Shown one piece after another: positions 27,006-34,988 of a stretch of DNA of 64,000 nucleotides. This DNA comes from Candidatus Nanohaloarchaea archaeon (lineage in GTDB: Archaea; Nanohalarchaeota; Nanosalinia; Nanosalinales; Nanosalinaceae). The stretch is taken from positions 1 to 64,000 of the forward strand of contig JACOQA010000001.1 of assembly GCA_014297435.1 (NCBI GenBank), read 5' to 3'. Under the pieces are notes generated by a model, which saw only the letters and a program-made list of their open reading frames with translations, searched no databases and was not told the origin of the DNA. Both the position numbers and the translations under genes were made by a program. Position 1 is the stretch's first letter, and every line of letters starts with the position of its first letter.

Positions 27006-27980
27006 TTACTGCCAGATTACCTCTATCTCATCAGGTCTCCAGTTCGGCATCTTTCCAGAATTCTCCATACTTGTTTTCCTTCCGGCTTTCAGCTCTAGCA
27101 TTCCTTGGTGGGCAATCATCACTCCGTTGTCCATACAAAACTCTGGTGGCGGAACATAAGCTTTTGCGCCTCGTTGCTCACACATTTTCTCAACCATTTC
27201 TCTAAGCCTTGAGTTCATCGCCACTCCGCCAGTCAGGAGCGCTTCATCGCTTCCTTCCTGCGCCATAGCTCTCTCCAGGGCTTCAACCGCTACAGCGTAA
27301 GCATGTTCCTGGAATGAGTTTGCGAGTAGTTCATCTTCAAAGTCCCCGACCTTTCTCTGCACCTCTGTTACAAGACCGGAGTAAGAAAGATCCATTCCTT
27401 TGATGGGGTAGCTCAGTTCAATTATATCATCTGTCTTTTCTGCAAGCTTTTCTATTTCCGGTCCTCCGGGATGTGGGTAACCGAGAGTACGGGCAAGTTT
27501 GTCTAACGCGTTTCCGAGAGCGACGTCCTGCGTCTCTCCGACTATTCGGTAACGACCTTTTCTGAAATCCAGTATCTGAGTGTTGCCACCTGAAACGTAG
27601 AGCGTAGTTGGGTTTTCTGCCTCCGTAGTTCTTGTACCGATTGAGATGTGGGCGAGGCAGTGGTTTACACCTATCATAGGAATATCGTGCTTTATTGAAA
27701 GTGATCTTGCGATTACTGCGCCAATGTCAAGGCACTGAGGGATTCCGGGTCCCTGAGAATAAGCGATGCCGTCAACTTCTTTGATTTCAATATCTGCTTC
27801 CTGCTCTGCGTTGTTTAGTAGTTCGAGTGCGTGCTGGTAGTGATGTTCTGCAGCTTTCCTCGGATGTATTCCGCCTTCCTCGGGTTCGAACATGTCCTTC
27901 TGGTTCGCCAGAACTTCATCTTCATCGACGATTCCGATTCCTAAAGTGTGGGCGGTTGACTCTATTCCAAGGACTTTCAT
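27006..27980 (-). CDS. kae1: tRNA t6A threonylcarbamoyltransferase Kae1
   Basis: 'LGIESTAHT', 'GIHPR', 'VNHCLAHI', 'LYVSGGNTQ', 'DNGVMIA'. Confidence 0.97.
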   Translation of the reverse strand: MKVLGIESTAHTLGIGIVDEDEVLANQKDMFEPEEGGIHPRKAAEHHYQHALELLNNAEQEADIEIKEVDGIAYSQGPGIPQCLDIGAVIARSLSIKHDIPMIGVNHCLAHISIGTRTTEAENPTTLYVSGGNTQILDFRKGRYRIVGETQDVALGNALDKLARTLGYPHPGGPEIEKLAEKTDDIIELSYPIKGMDLSYSGLVTEVQRKVGDFEDELLANSFQEHAYAVAVEALERAMAQEGSDEALLTGGVAMNSRLREMVEKMCEQRGAKAYVPPPEFCMDNGVMIAHQGMLELKAGRKTSMENSGKMPNWRPDEIEVIWQ

Positions 27981-28026
27981 ATCTAGATGATTGAGGTTTA
28001 ATTTGAAATAGAAAGGGTTGTGAAAC

Positions 28027-28338
28027 TTATGCTTCTACTGCATCGGTTGAACTCTTCTGATTTCTCAGCTTCTGATCAAGCTTGTAGAGCTGTTTAATTA
28101 CTTCTGAGTCTTGGTTTAGCTTGTAGAGCTGCGTTTTTCCGTATTTCCGAGATTCTTTTACTGCATTTATCTCTTCGATTTTATCCCATCTTCTGTGTAC
28201 TGTTGATTCCGCTATTCCTGATGCTTCGGCTAGCTCTTTCTTAGAGTAATCCATAGAGGGGTGTTTCATGAGAATGTCCAGGATCTTCAGTACCGTGGAT
28301 TCTCCGAACAATTTTCCTAAAGCAGTTTTCTTGGTCAT
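28027..28338 (-). CDS. Winged helix-turn-helix protein
   Basis: 'DYSKKELAEASGIAESTV', wing 'RKYGKTQLYKLN'. Confidence 0.8.
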   Translation of the reverse strand: MTKKTALGKLFGESTVLKILDILMKHPSMDYSKKELAEASGIAESTVHRRWDKIEEINAVKESRKYGKTQLYKLNQDSEVIKQLYKLDQKLRNQKSSTDAVEA

Positions 28339-28401
28339 TATGTTTACATTTTGAGCGCGACTGATAATGTTTTGTTGAAAGATGTCTCGACTTTCAAACT
28401 T

Positions 28402-28782
28402 CTACGGACATTTTATGTATGATATCTTCGACTCTAGACAGAAGCTTTCTTCTGAGACATAAATTTTCCCTGAGTTCGGTTTTTCCTCCGAGAAGCTGGA
28501 GCTCTCCGTCAGATTCTCCACTTCATCAAAAGCTGGGTCCTTCGAGTCCTCACCGCATTTCTCCGGCTGTTCAGGACACAGAGGGTGGTACGACTCGTAC
28601 TTCTCGTACCTTAGCTCGGAACCGTTGTCGAGTTCAACTTTATACGCCGTCAGTGTTCCCGTGTTCCCGGCGCCGGTTGTTTCATGAATTCTCTGAACCT
28701 CGGCTGGCTCTCTACCTGTCAAGAAGAATCCGATAGCTGTGAAAACCAGAACGATGCCGACACCGATTCCGTCCGGCTTCAT
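28402..28782 (-). CDS. Small membrane-anchored Cys-containing hypothetical protein
   Basis: Likely start MKPDGIGVGIVLVF at 28782, because the longer track ORF crosses the inferred IS boundary. It has four Cys. Confidence 0.55.
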   Translation of the reverse strand: MKPDGIGVGIVLVFTAIGFFLTGREPAEVQRIHETTGAGNTGTLTAYKVELDNGSELRYEKYESYHPLCPEQPEKCGEDSKDPAFDEVENLTESSSFSEEKPNSGKIYVSEESFCLESKISYIKCP

Positions 28783-28820
28783 CTGAAATCCTGGACGGAA
28801 AGATTCATAGAATAACTGAA

Positions 28821-28839
28821 TGAAGGGGGAAGAAAAAAG
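28821..28839 (-). terminator. Pyrimidine-rich tract, probable original rps27ae terminator displaced by the IS insertion
   Basis: The minus strand reads CTTTTTTCTTCCCCCTTCA just after GTAA, like the tracts after rps3ae and the histone gene. Confidence 0.5.
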
Positions 28840-28844
28840 TTTAC

Positions 28845-30065
28845 GTTGAAATTGATTGAGAGAATTCATCTAGGTTGAGAAAGATAACAACAAAGCCTAA
28901 ACAATTGTATCTCTAATCGTCAAACGATGGCCAGAAAAACTGTAGTCTGCCGGTTCCAGAAACCAAATAAAAAGAAGCTGGAAGCTGTAGAACGGGAGTA
29001 TAGGAATACCCAGAAGTATCTTCAAGGGGAAGACGATGTGGATTTGTATTCTGCTACGAAACAGCAGATGGATAGGAGAGCCGGCAATGAAGATAATGAG
29101 CAGCCGTTGTTTATCCGCAACGACTCCTTTGAAGTTGTGGAGAGGGATACTGATTTGACGAAATACTGGGTGAGGGTTCCGGTTGCTTCTGTGTATGGGG
29201 GAGTTTGGATACCTATACAACCCCACACGGATATTCAAAGTGGTTGGGATATCGGCGATTCTATGATTGTTCGGAAGGATCATGGTTTTGAACTCCACCT
29301 TGTTGTCAAAAAAGAAGTAGAAGAACAAGAGGAGTATGATGGAGCTCTGGGCGTGGATTTGGGTTTGAGGAAGTTGGCGACTGCCACGGAATGTTTCTGT
29401 GGTTCTGACACGTCCTCAAAAACGCTGTGCCTCGGAAGCTCTGTTGAGAACTACTTTGACAAGTATTTCCACTTACGTAGAAACTGTCGTGATGGTTATG
29501 TCCGGAAACGGTGGGATGGAAAAGTAGCAGATAAGACCGAAGACCTCTGCCATCAAATCAGTCGAAAAATCGTAGACCACGCACAAGAAAACAACCTGTT
29601 TATCGCAGTAGGAGACCTCGAAGGAATACAGGACAAAGACAGAGGAAAAAGAATGAACAGGAAGCTACATCATTTCCCACACTGGAAACTCCGCAACTAC
29701 ATCAGGTATAAAGCGGATTGGGAGGGAATCAGGGTAGTTGAAGTAGACGAAGCCTACACCAGTCAGACCTGCTCGAGGTGCGGAGAAAAAGGGGAACGGA
29801 ACAAAGGAAACTTTCAGTGTCCTGAGTGTGACTACGAAACGGATGCAGATAAGAACGCTTCTCATAATATTGGGGAGCGAGGGATTGGAAAGCTGAATGC
29901 CTCTTCTGATTCTGAGGGTTGCGTGACACAGCCCTTAGTTTGAATCTATCGTTTGATGACGCAACCTCTGCATAGTCAAGTTGTCGAGACGGATAGAAAC
30001 CCAAGGAAACGTCGCTAACAAGAAAAATGTGTCAGGAAACCGCCTAAAGGCGGGTGGGATGTCAC
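28845..30065 (+). mobile_element. Non-autonomous IS200/IS605-family (IS1341-like, tnpB-only) element
   Basis: Right end: hairpin CCGCC-TAAA-GGCGG (30040-30053) then ...GGATGTCAC. The left boundary is inferred after TTAC (28841-28844), because removing 28845-30065 restores rps27ae ...CAC GAG TAA plus its terminator. No tnpA is present. Confidence 0.8.
28927..29943 (+). CDS. tnpB: RNA-guided endonuclease TnpB, compact (338 aa), rearranged RuvC-II
   Basis: RuvC-I 'LGVDLG', RuvC-II 'AVGDL', 'VDEAYTSQTC', Zn finger CSRC..CPEC, RuvC-III 'DADKNASHNI'. Confidence 0.93.
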   Translation: MARKTVVCRFQKPNKKKLEAVEREYRNTQKYLQGEDDVDLYSATKQQMDRRAGNEDNEQPLFIRNDSFEVVERDTDLTKYWVRVPVASVYGGVWIPIQPHTDIQSGWDIGDSMIVRKDHGFELHLVVKKEVEEQEEYDGALGVDLGLRKLATATECFCGSDTSSKTLCLGSSVENYFDKYFHLRRNCRDGYVRKRWDGKVADKTEDLCHQISRKIVDHAQENNLFIAVGDLEGIQDKDRGKRMNRKLHHFPHWKLRNYIRYKADWEGIRVVEVDEAYTSQTCSRCGEKGERNKGNFQCPECDYETDADKNASHNIGERGIGKLNASSDSEGCVTQPLV

Positions 30066-30085
30066 TCGTGCTTTGTGTAACCACA
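29910..30085 (+). ncRNA. TnpB omega/re-RNA scaffold plus guide (boundaries approximate)
   Basis: Hairpin AGGGTTG/CAGCCCT whose loop GTGACA (29923-29928) is complementary to the terminal TGTCAC (30060-30065), forming a pseudoknot. Second stem 29945-29960/29980-29997, then the RE hairpin. The guide would be the sequence from 30066. Confidence 0.72.
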
Positions 30086-30211
30086 TTTTCCGCAGCTTTT
30101 GCGGTCGCCGTGGTCTGCTAGGAAGCTTGAGCATCGAGGACACTTTTCTGTGTCTGTTGTTCCGTCTTCGTCGTACTTCTCCCATCTCTCGACTTTCTCG
30201 TGTTTTGCCAT
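30062..30211 (-). CDS. rps27ae: 30S ribosomal protein S27ae (eS31)
   Basis: '[21 protein letters not shown]'; follows rps24e. Confidence 0.95.
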   Translation of the reverse strand: MAKHEKVERWEKYDEDGTTDTEKCPRCSSFLADHGDRKSCGKCGYTKHE

Positions 30212-30218
30212 TAGTGAA

Positions 30219-30659
30219 TCACTTCTGGCTTTCGAGCCAATCAACTAGGGTTGTACGGTTTTTGTTGTCTTTCTCTGCCTGTACGGCTGCGTCCCAGTCA
30301 ACGGAGTCCATCGAATTAAACGCGTCCTTCGCGTCTGTAATGGTTCCTGCGACTGCTTCTTCGTAGTCAGCGGAAACTTCTACTTCTTCTCCCTGATCTT
30401 CACTAGGGTCTCTTTCGAGTTCTTCGTCGTAGTCGAAGTCATCGTAGACCTTGAGTGTTGCCTTAGAAGTGTTTGAACCGAATCCTGTGTAAACTGATTC
30501 GATTTCAACTTTTTCGACATCTAGGTCGTTTTCTGCTGCTACACGGTTTTTAACGTCTTCGTTTGAAGGAGTAGCTTCTCCTTCGTGGTCGATCTCGACC
30601 TCTACCTCTCTTCTTTCGAGGAGAGGATTTTCTTTTACAGATACAAGTGTTGAATCCAT
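30219..30659 (-). CDS. rps24e: 30S ribosomal protein S24e with extra C-terminal domain
   Basis: '[11 protein letters not shown]', 'HEGEATPS', 'TGFGS'; about 50 extra residues ending '[16 protein letters not shown]'. Confidence 0.93.
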   Translation of the reverse strand: MDSTLVSVKENPLLERREVEVEIDHEGEATPSNEDVKNRVAAENDLDVEKVEIESVYTGFGSNTSKATLKVYDDFDYDEELERDPSEDQGEEVEVSADYEEAVAGTITDAKDAFNSMDSVDWDAAVQAEKDNKNRTTLVDWLESQK

Positions 30660-30668
30660 AGTATGAAT

Positions 30669-30857
30669 TTACCTCGTTCGAATTGCGTAACGTCCTGGTG
30701 TCTGGATTTCAAGCTGTTCGGCGATCTCCGAATCCTCGGGATCGTATATTACAACCAGTCCGCTCCAGTTTTCTGATAAATCGTTGTTTTTACATACAGG
30801 ACACTCGTCTGAATCTTCGACGATCCTGTTACATTCTTTACATGCGCGCTCTGCCAT
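30669..30857 (-). CDS. spt4: Transcription elongation factor Spt4 (RpoE2)
   Basis: 'ACKEC..CPVC', 'WSGLVVIYDPEDSEIA', 'PGRYA'. Confidence 0.96.
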   Translation of the reverse strand: MAERACKECNRIVEDSDECPVCKNNDLSENWSGLVVIYDPEDSEIAEQLEIQTPGRYAIRTR

Positions 30858-30860
30858 TTT

Positions 30861-31433
30861 CTATTCCTCCTGTTCTTCCTCTTCTTCGGCTTTTTCTTCC
30901 TCGTAAAGCTCTATCCATTCGTCTTTGCCGAGTCCAGGCTGTCTCATCGTCAAGTTGATCTTGTTAGTGTCCTGTTTCTCCATAGAGACTGCGATAATTC
31001 GAGCGGTAACCGTATCGTTTACCTGTAGGTTGTGCTGTTCTTCCTCGGATACAAGCATCGAGTTCTCTTCGTCTAGGTTGACGTACTCGTCCATTACCTG
31101 GCTGACGTGGCATAGTCCGTCGAAAGGTCCGATTCTGATGAATGCACCGAACTCTGTTATGTCAACTACTTCACCGGTGATAACTTCGTGTAGTTCCGGT
31201 TCGAAGACTATTGCGGTGTATTCTACTTCATAGTGGACTCCTGCGTCCTCCGGTTTGATATCACCGCCTTCAATATCTTTTACTTCTTCTATTCCGATTA
31301 CTACACCGATTTCTTCGTAGATGTTGCCCTCTACCTCGGACTCGAGTCCTGCTTTGACGCTTTCGTCGACGTCCTCACCGAAGTGTTGTGGAGGAACTCT
31401 TACCGAGTCCTCGACTGTCAGCCTTTTGTACAT
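30861..31433 (-). CDS. rpoE1: RNA polymerase subunit Rpo7 (RpoE1)
   Basis: 'VRVPP..FG', S1 domain 'FGAFIRIGPFDGLCHVSQV', 'LTMRQPGLGK'. Confidence 0.96.
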   Translation of the reverse strand: MYKRLTVEDSVRVPPQHFGEDVDESVKAGLESEVEGNIYEEIGVVIGIEEVKDIEGGDIKPEDAGVHYEVEYTAIVFEPELHEVITGEVVDITEFGAFIRIGPFDGLCHVSQVMDEYVNLDEENSMLVSEEEQHNLQVNDTVTARIIAVSMEKQDTNKINLTMRQPGLGKDEWIELYEEEKAEEEEEQEE

Positions 31434-31495
31434 CTTTTTTACCTCTAAAACAAATATCGAATGTTTCGCAAGCTTTAAATTGGGTTTGTAAATTT

Positions 31496-31894
31496 CTAGA
31501 TTTGGGTTAGTTCTAGTTCCAGGTATCCGTCATCTGCAGGATCTAGGTCTTGCCGCAATCGCATCTTTGTTTTCGGGTCATATCTCCTGTCAATTAATAT
31601 CTCTTGTTCTCCTGCGGTCACCACCCCTCTATATGTGCCTTCAATTTCTTCGACATTATTTTCAGGTTCTAGTAGGTGGAGAAAGTTGTTCACATTTGGT
31701 GCTTTTCGGGCAATAGCTAAAGTAGGTTCAAGCCCAGCTTGCTTGTAGATTCCGGACGCGTCTGTCGCAAGTCTTTGATCCTTCCAGAAATCTACAAGAG
31801 TGCCCTCCACCGCAGTTCCTTCTATGTTTAGCTGTCCCGAGAATTCTATCTCAGCTTCGTCAAAAATATATCGACCCTCTGCAGCGTAGTTCAT
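31496..31894 (-). CDS. Hypothetical protein (beta-rich)
   Basis: 132-aa ORF inserted between the PIN gene and rpoE1. Confidence 0.65.
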   Translation of the reverse strand: MNYAAEGRYIFDEAEIEFSGQLNIEGTAVEGTLVDFWKDQRLATDASGIYKQAGLEPTLAIARKAPNVNNFLHLLEPENNVEEIEGTYRGVVTAGEQEILIDRRYDPKTKMRLRQDLDPADDGYLELELTQI

Positions 31895-31929
31895 AGAACA
31901 AATATTTGTGATTTAAAATTTATTATAGT

Positions 31930-32313
31930 CTACAGTCTATTTGTTCTTCCTTCCACGACCTCAAGATGGTCATTAGTCCTGATGATTACAACGGGATTAC
32001 CTTCCTTTCTAATCCTCTGCTTCAACTCCTTGTCGTTGGTAGCCACTAAGTAATCTGAGGAAACATCTAAAAGGAGATCGTCGACAGTTCCTTCTCCTTC
32101 AGTCTCCAGAACCTCAATATCAAGCTTCTCAATCAGTGTCTCGACCAAGTCTCCATACTTCCCGCCCTCGATACTCTTAGCCTCCTGAACCGCATCTTCC
32201 AAGGTATAGAGCTGGTGGAATGGATAGAGTCGGTCGAACTCGTCCTCCAAGGTCATCGAAAGCTGGAAGGGCGCTACCAAAAAATTGGTGTCAAGCATGA
32301 TTTTCTCGTCCAT
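31930..32313 (-). CDS. PIN-domain protein (Fcf1/Utp24-like)
   Basis: 'IMLDTNFL', 'VDD', 'VATNDKELK'; usual position between eif2g and rpoE1. Confidence 0.88.
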   Translation of the reverse strand: MDEKIMLDTNFLVAPFQLSMTLEDEFDRLYPFHQLYTLEDAVQEAKSIEGGKYGDLVETLIEKLDIEVLETEGEGTVDDLLLDVSSDYLVATNDKELKQRIRKEGNPVVIIRTNDHLEVVEGRTNRL

Positions 32314-32365
32314 ATAAACCACTTAATGGTCAAACGTCAAAAAGTCCGGTCCCGAAATAGACTCC

Positions 32366-33298
32366 ATGAATATTGTATCTCTCTGGGATAGCGCTGTAAG
32401 TGATTGGGAACTTGAGAGACCGTTCTCAAAGCAACAATACAACCGAGACTACGAGCACTACTCTAAACTAGCAGAGGAGAAAGACGCGAAACTGTTCCTC
32501 GCCCACTACACATGGTATAAAGATGGAAGGATGAAGAAAGCCTTTACCTATGAAAACGGTGAGTGGAGGAAAGTAAACGATATTGAAGTTAACGGAGTCT
32601 GGGATGCCTTTAAGGTCAACGATGAAACCTTGGAGATAAAGAGGCGGATGGAAGAAAGGCACGTCATAATTAACAGACCTAATGTCGACAGATTGTGTAA
32701 AGACAAGCTAGAAACTTACGAAAGATTCAGCAATTTGGTTCCAGAGACTAGGAAAGCCTCAGAAACAAATATTGAGAGAATGATAGAAAAGTATGGTGAA
32801 GCTGTCGTGAAACCGAGAGATGACTGGGGTGGAGAAGGGGTACAGATAGTTGAAGATGTTTCCGGATTTAATGATGATTCGGAGGACTGGTTGGTACAGG
32901 AGTTCGTTGATGCTTCAGAGGGAATCTCGAAACTTGGAGTAGAAGGAGTACACGATCTCAGGGCCTTAGTCGTAAACGGGGAGGCAGTGACAGGTTTCCT
33001 GAGGCAGCCGGACGAAGGCTTCGTCAGCAACGTACATCAGGGAGGGAGTATCGAAGTAGTTGAACTTGAAAACTTTCCTAGTGGGGCGCTGAATATTGTT
33101 GAACAGGTTAAGGAAGAGATGTCGGATTTAGAACCTTACTTGATGACTGTAGATATGATATATGATTCAGAGACGGATGAGTTCAGGGTGCTGGAGCTTA
33201 ACTCTAAACCAGGAATGAGCTTCTACGGAAGAGAGGATATGAAAAAGGCAAAGTCAAGGGTTATGGAAAGGATTGTTGAGTCTTTCAAAAATGCCTAA
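32366..33298 (+). CDS. ATP-grasp ligase (RimK/YheCD-like), apparently intact
   Basis: 'CKDK', 'VVKPRDDWGGEGV', 'LVQEFV', 'DLRALVV', 'SNVHQGG', 'VD', 'LELNSKPG'. Confidence 0.85.
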   Translation: MNIVSLWDSAVSDWELERPFSKQQYNRDYEHYSKLAEEKDAKLFLAHYTWYKDGRMKKAFTYENGEWRKVNDIEVNGVWDAFKVNDETLEIKRRMEERHVIINRPNVDRLCKDKLETYERFSNLVPETRKASETNIERMIEKYGEAVVKPRDDWGGEGVQIVEDVSGFNDDSEDWLVQEFVDASEGISKLGVEGVHDLRALVVNGEAVTGFLRQPDEGFVSNVHQGGSIEVVELENFPSGALNIVEQVKEEMSDLEPYLMTVDMIYDSETDEFRVLELNSKPGMSFYGREDMKKAKSRVMERIVESFKNA

Positions 33299-34176
33299 TT
33301 TCTCTGTTTCTTCATAGCTCTTTCATGAAGCCTTTCAACCATTAGAAGCATAACATCTCTCCCGATTATTTCGTTCATTTCCTCATTTATCCCGTATGAT
33401 CCATTTACCTCAAGCACGTAGGCATCTTCTTCTGTCTCGATTACGTCACAGCCGCAAATGTCGAAACCTGTAGCTCTTGCTGCTCTTAATGCAGCTGTCT
33501 TCATTTCCTCGGTAAGTTCTGCTTTTTTTCTTTCTCCGCCGCCTGAAATGTTGGAACGCCATTCATCACCGCTGCTTGATCTACTGTAGGCCATAACTTC
33601 GTCACCTATAACTATTACTCGGTTATCGGTTCCCGCATGTTCCTTAAAATCCTGTAGACATATTTCTTGCTCGAAAGATTTCATCGTGTCCATAACCGGT
33701 TTTAACTCGTTTTCTGAGGAAGCGCGCATCACCCCCTCCCCGCCACCGCCCTTAATGGTCTTCATGATGATCGGGTATCCTAGTGTTTCGGCTGCTTCGA
33801 CGGCTACATCGGGTGAGAGCGTATAGACGCTGTCCGGTACTTTGATACCTGTCTCGGCAAGAACTTTCATCGAGTAGAACTTGTTTGATTCGTAGCTGTA
33901 AGTGTCGTTAGCAGCTTGTGTAACGACTCCTTCTTCGTTTAGGATCTCGACTAGATGTTCTGAGAATAGCATGTCTCTGTCGGAGGTTCTAATGTAGACT
34001 GCATCGAATTCCGTCAGATCGACGTCCTTGTAGAGAACTTTCTGCCCCTCATCTGTGTGCACCATCTTTAATCCGTCTACAGGAGCTGCTAATACGGAGT
34101 CGAAGATATCTTCGGCTCTCTCCATAAGCAACTGGTGCTGAGTCGATATCTCCCCGTAGATAATGCCTAGTTTCAT
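33295..34176 (-). CDS. RimK/LysX-family ATP-grasp ligase, intact
   Basis: 'SNK', 'GYPIIMKTIKGGGGEGV', 'LQDF', 'DNRVIVIG', 'WRSNISGGG', 'GCD', 'LEVN'. Confidence 0.9.
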   Translation of the reverse strand: MKLGIIYGEISTQHQLLMERAEDIFDSVLAAPVDGLKMVHTDEGQKVLYKDVDLTEFDAVYIRTSDRDMLFSEHLVEILNEEGVVTQAANDTYSYESNKFYSMKVLAETGIKVPDSVYTLSPDVAVEAAETLGYPIIMKTIKGGGGEGVMRASSENELKPVMDTMKSFEQEICLQDFKEHAGTDNRVIVIGDEVMAYSRSSSGDEWRSNISGGGERKKAELTEEMKTAALRAARATGFDICGCDVIETEEDAYVLEVNGSYGINEEMNEIIGRDVMLLMVERLHERAMKKQRN

Positions 34177-34982
34177 TTTTCATCCTCCTTCAAAAGATCG
34201 GCAACTGTCTCGTACACGTTTTTGCCGCTTGCATCCGAGAAAAGCTGTAGGTCGGGATTAGGATTGATATCGAAGATCTGTTCGCCTCTTAGCTTTACTT
34301 CGGCTACAGAGGTCCCTAAGGAGTTCATGCATTCCCTGATTTTTTGTTCCTTTGAGTCTGAAATGTTCGAATATTTAGGGTTTTCATCCTTGAATTTCCA
34401 AGAATCGGAGTCGTCTTTTAGTGAAATTATTTCGTCTCCGACCACCAAGCATCGATATTTCTCTCCTTTGTCGTAGTTCTGGAATAGCAGGACGTCAGTC
34501 TCATATTCTGTTCCTTCGGCAAAGCTTTGGATGTCCTCAACGGTTTCCAGTTTTCTTATTTCCGTCTCCTCCAGATTCTCGATTTTTCTACCTACTAAAG
34601 GAGGTTCGACTTGGTTGTGAACATTTCTGGCAGCCTTTTCGCTTGGTACAACCACGGTATTCGGAGATTTGATATCTCTCTTCTTCAGGACGTAGTATAG
34701 GTAATTTTTCTTTGACAAGGTGAAGAAACAGGTTGAGGATATGTTTGTATTAACGCCTTTTTCTTCTGTCATTTCGAGAAGAACTCTTCCGAAGACAGCG
34801 TTTTTTGGTCTTATTGTTGCGAAAACTGCGTCGTAGTCTTCAATACTGTTTCCGTTCACTCTTACATCCTTATTTCCTTCGATAACTTCTGGCGCTATAC
34901 TATCAAGTTTTTTGTGTTCAACATTATCGAAGAAAGGTTCAAATTCTTCTACAGGTTCCTCAGAGATCGTCAGAAGTTTAAT
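34173..34982 (-). CDS. Degenerate RimK-like ATP-grasp protein; probable ATT start
   Basis: RimK-like scaffold ('DYDAVF', 'KSPNTVV', 'LFQNY', 'YRCLVVG', 'FDINPNP') lacking the Gly-rich loop and the ExN glutamate. The frame stays open 41 codons upstream of the GTG at 34859, to ATT-AAA-CTT-CTG ((M)KLLTIS) at 34982. Confidence 0.75.
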   Translation of the reverse strand: MKLLTISEEPVEEFEPFFDNVEHKKLDSIAPEVIEGNKDVRVNGNSIEDYDAVFATIRPKNAVFGRVLLEMTEEKGVNTNISSTCFFTLSKKNYLYYVLKKRDIKSPNTVVVPSEKAARNVHNQVEPPLVGRKIENLEETEIRKLETVEDIQSFAEGTEYETDVLLFQNYDKGEKYRCLVVGDEIISLKDDSDSWKFKDENPKYSNISDSKEQKIRECMNSLGTSVAEVKLRGEQIFDINPNPDLQLFSDASGKNVYETVADLLKEDEK

Positions 34983-34988
34983 TGTGGA

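Noticed and set aside
28852-28856. TTGAT as the TAM and left boundary
   Set aside because: Rejoining here does not restore the rps27ae stop next to its terminator, whereas TTAC at 28841-28844 does. It is not fully excluded.
28897-29328. Antisense 143-aa ORF as a TnpA transposase
   Set aside because: It has no HUH/Y1 or serine-recombinase motifs and is a shadow frame of tnpB.
28927-29943. TnpB-like protein as a Cas12f/Cas14 CRISPR effector
   Set aside because: I saw no repeat-spacer array or cas genes in the window, and an IS605-type right end and omega-RNA features follow the gene.
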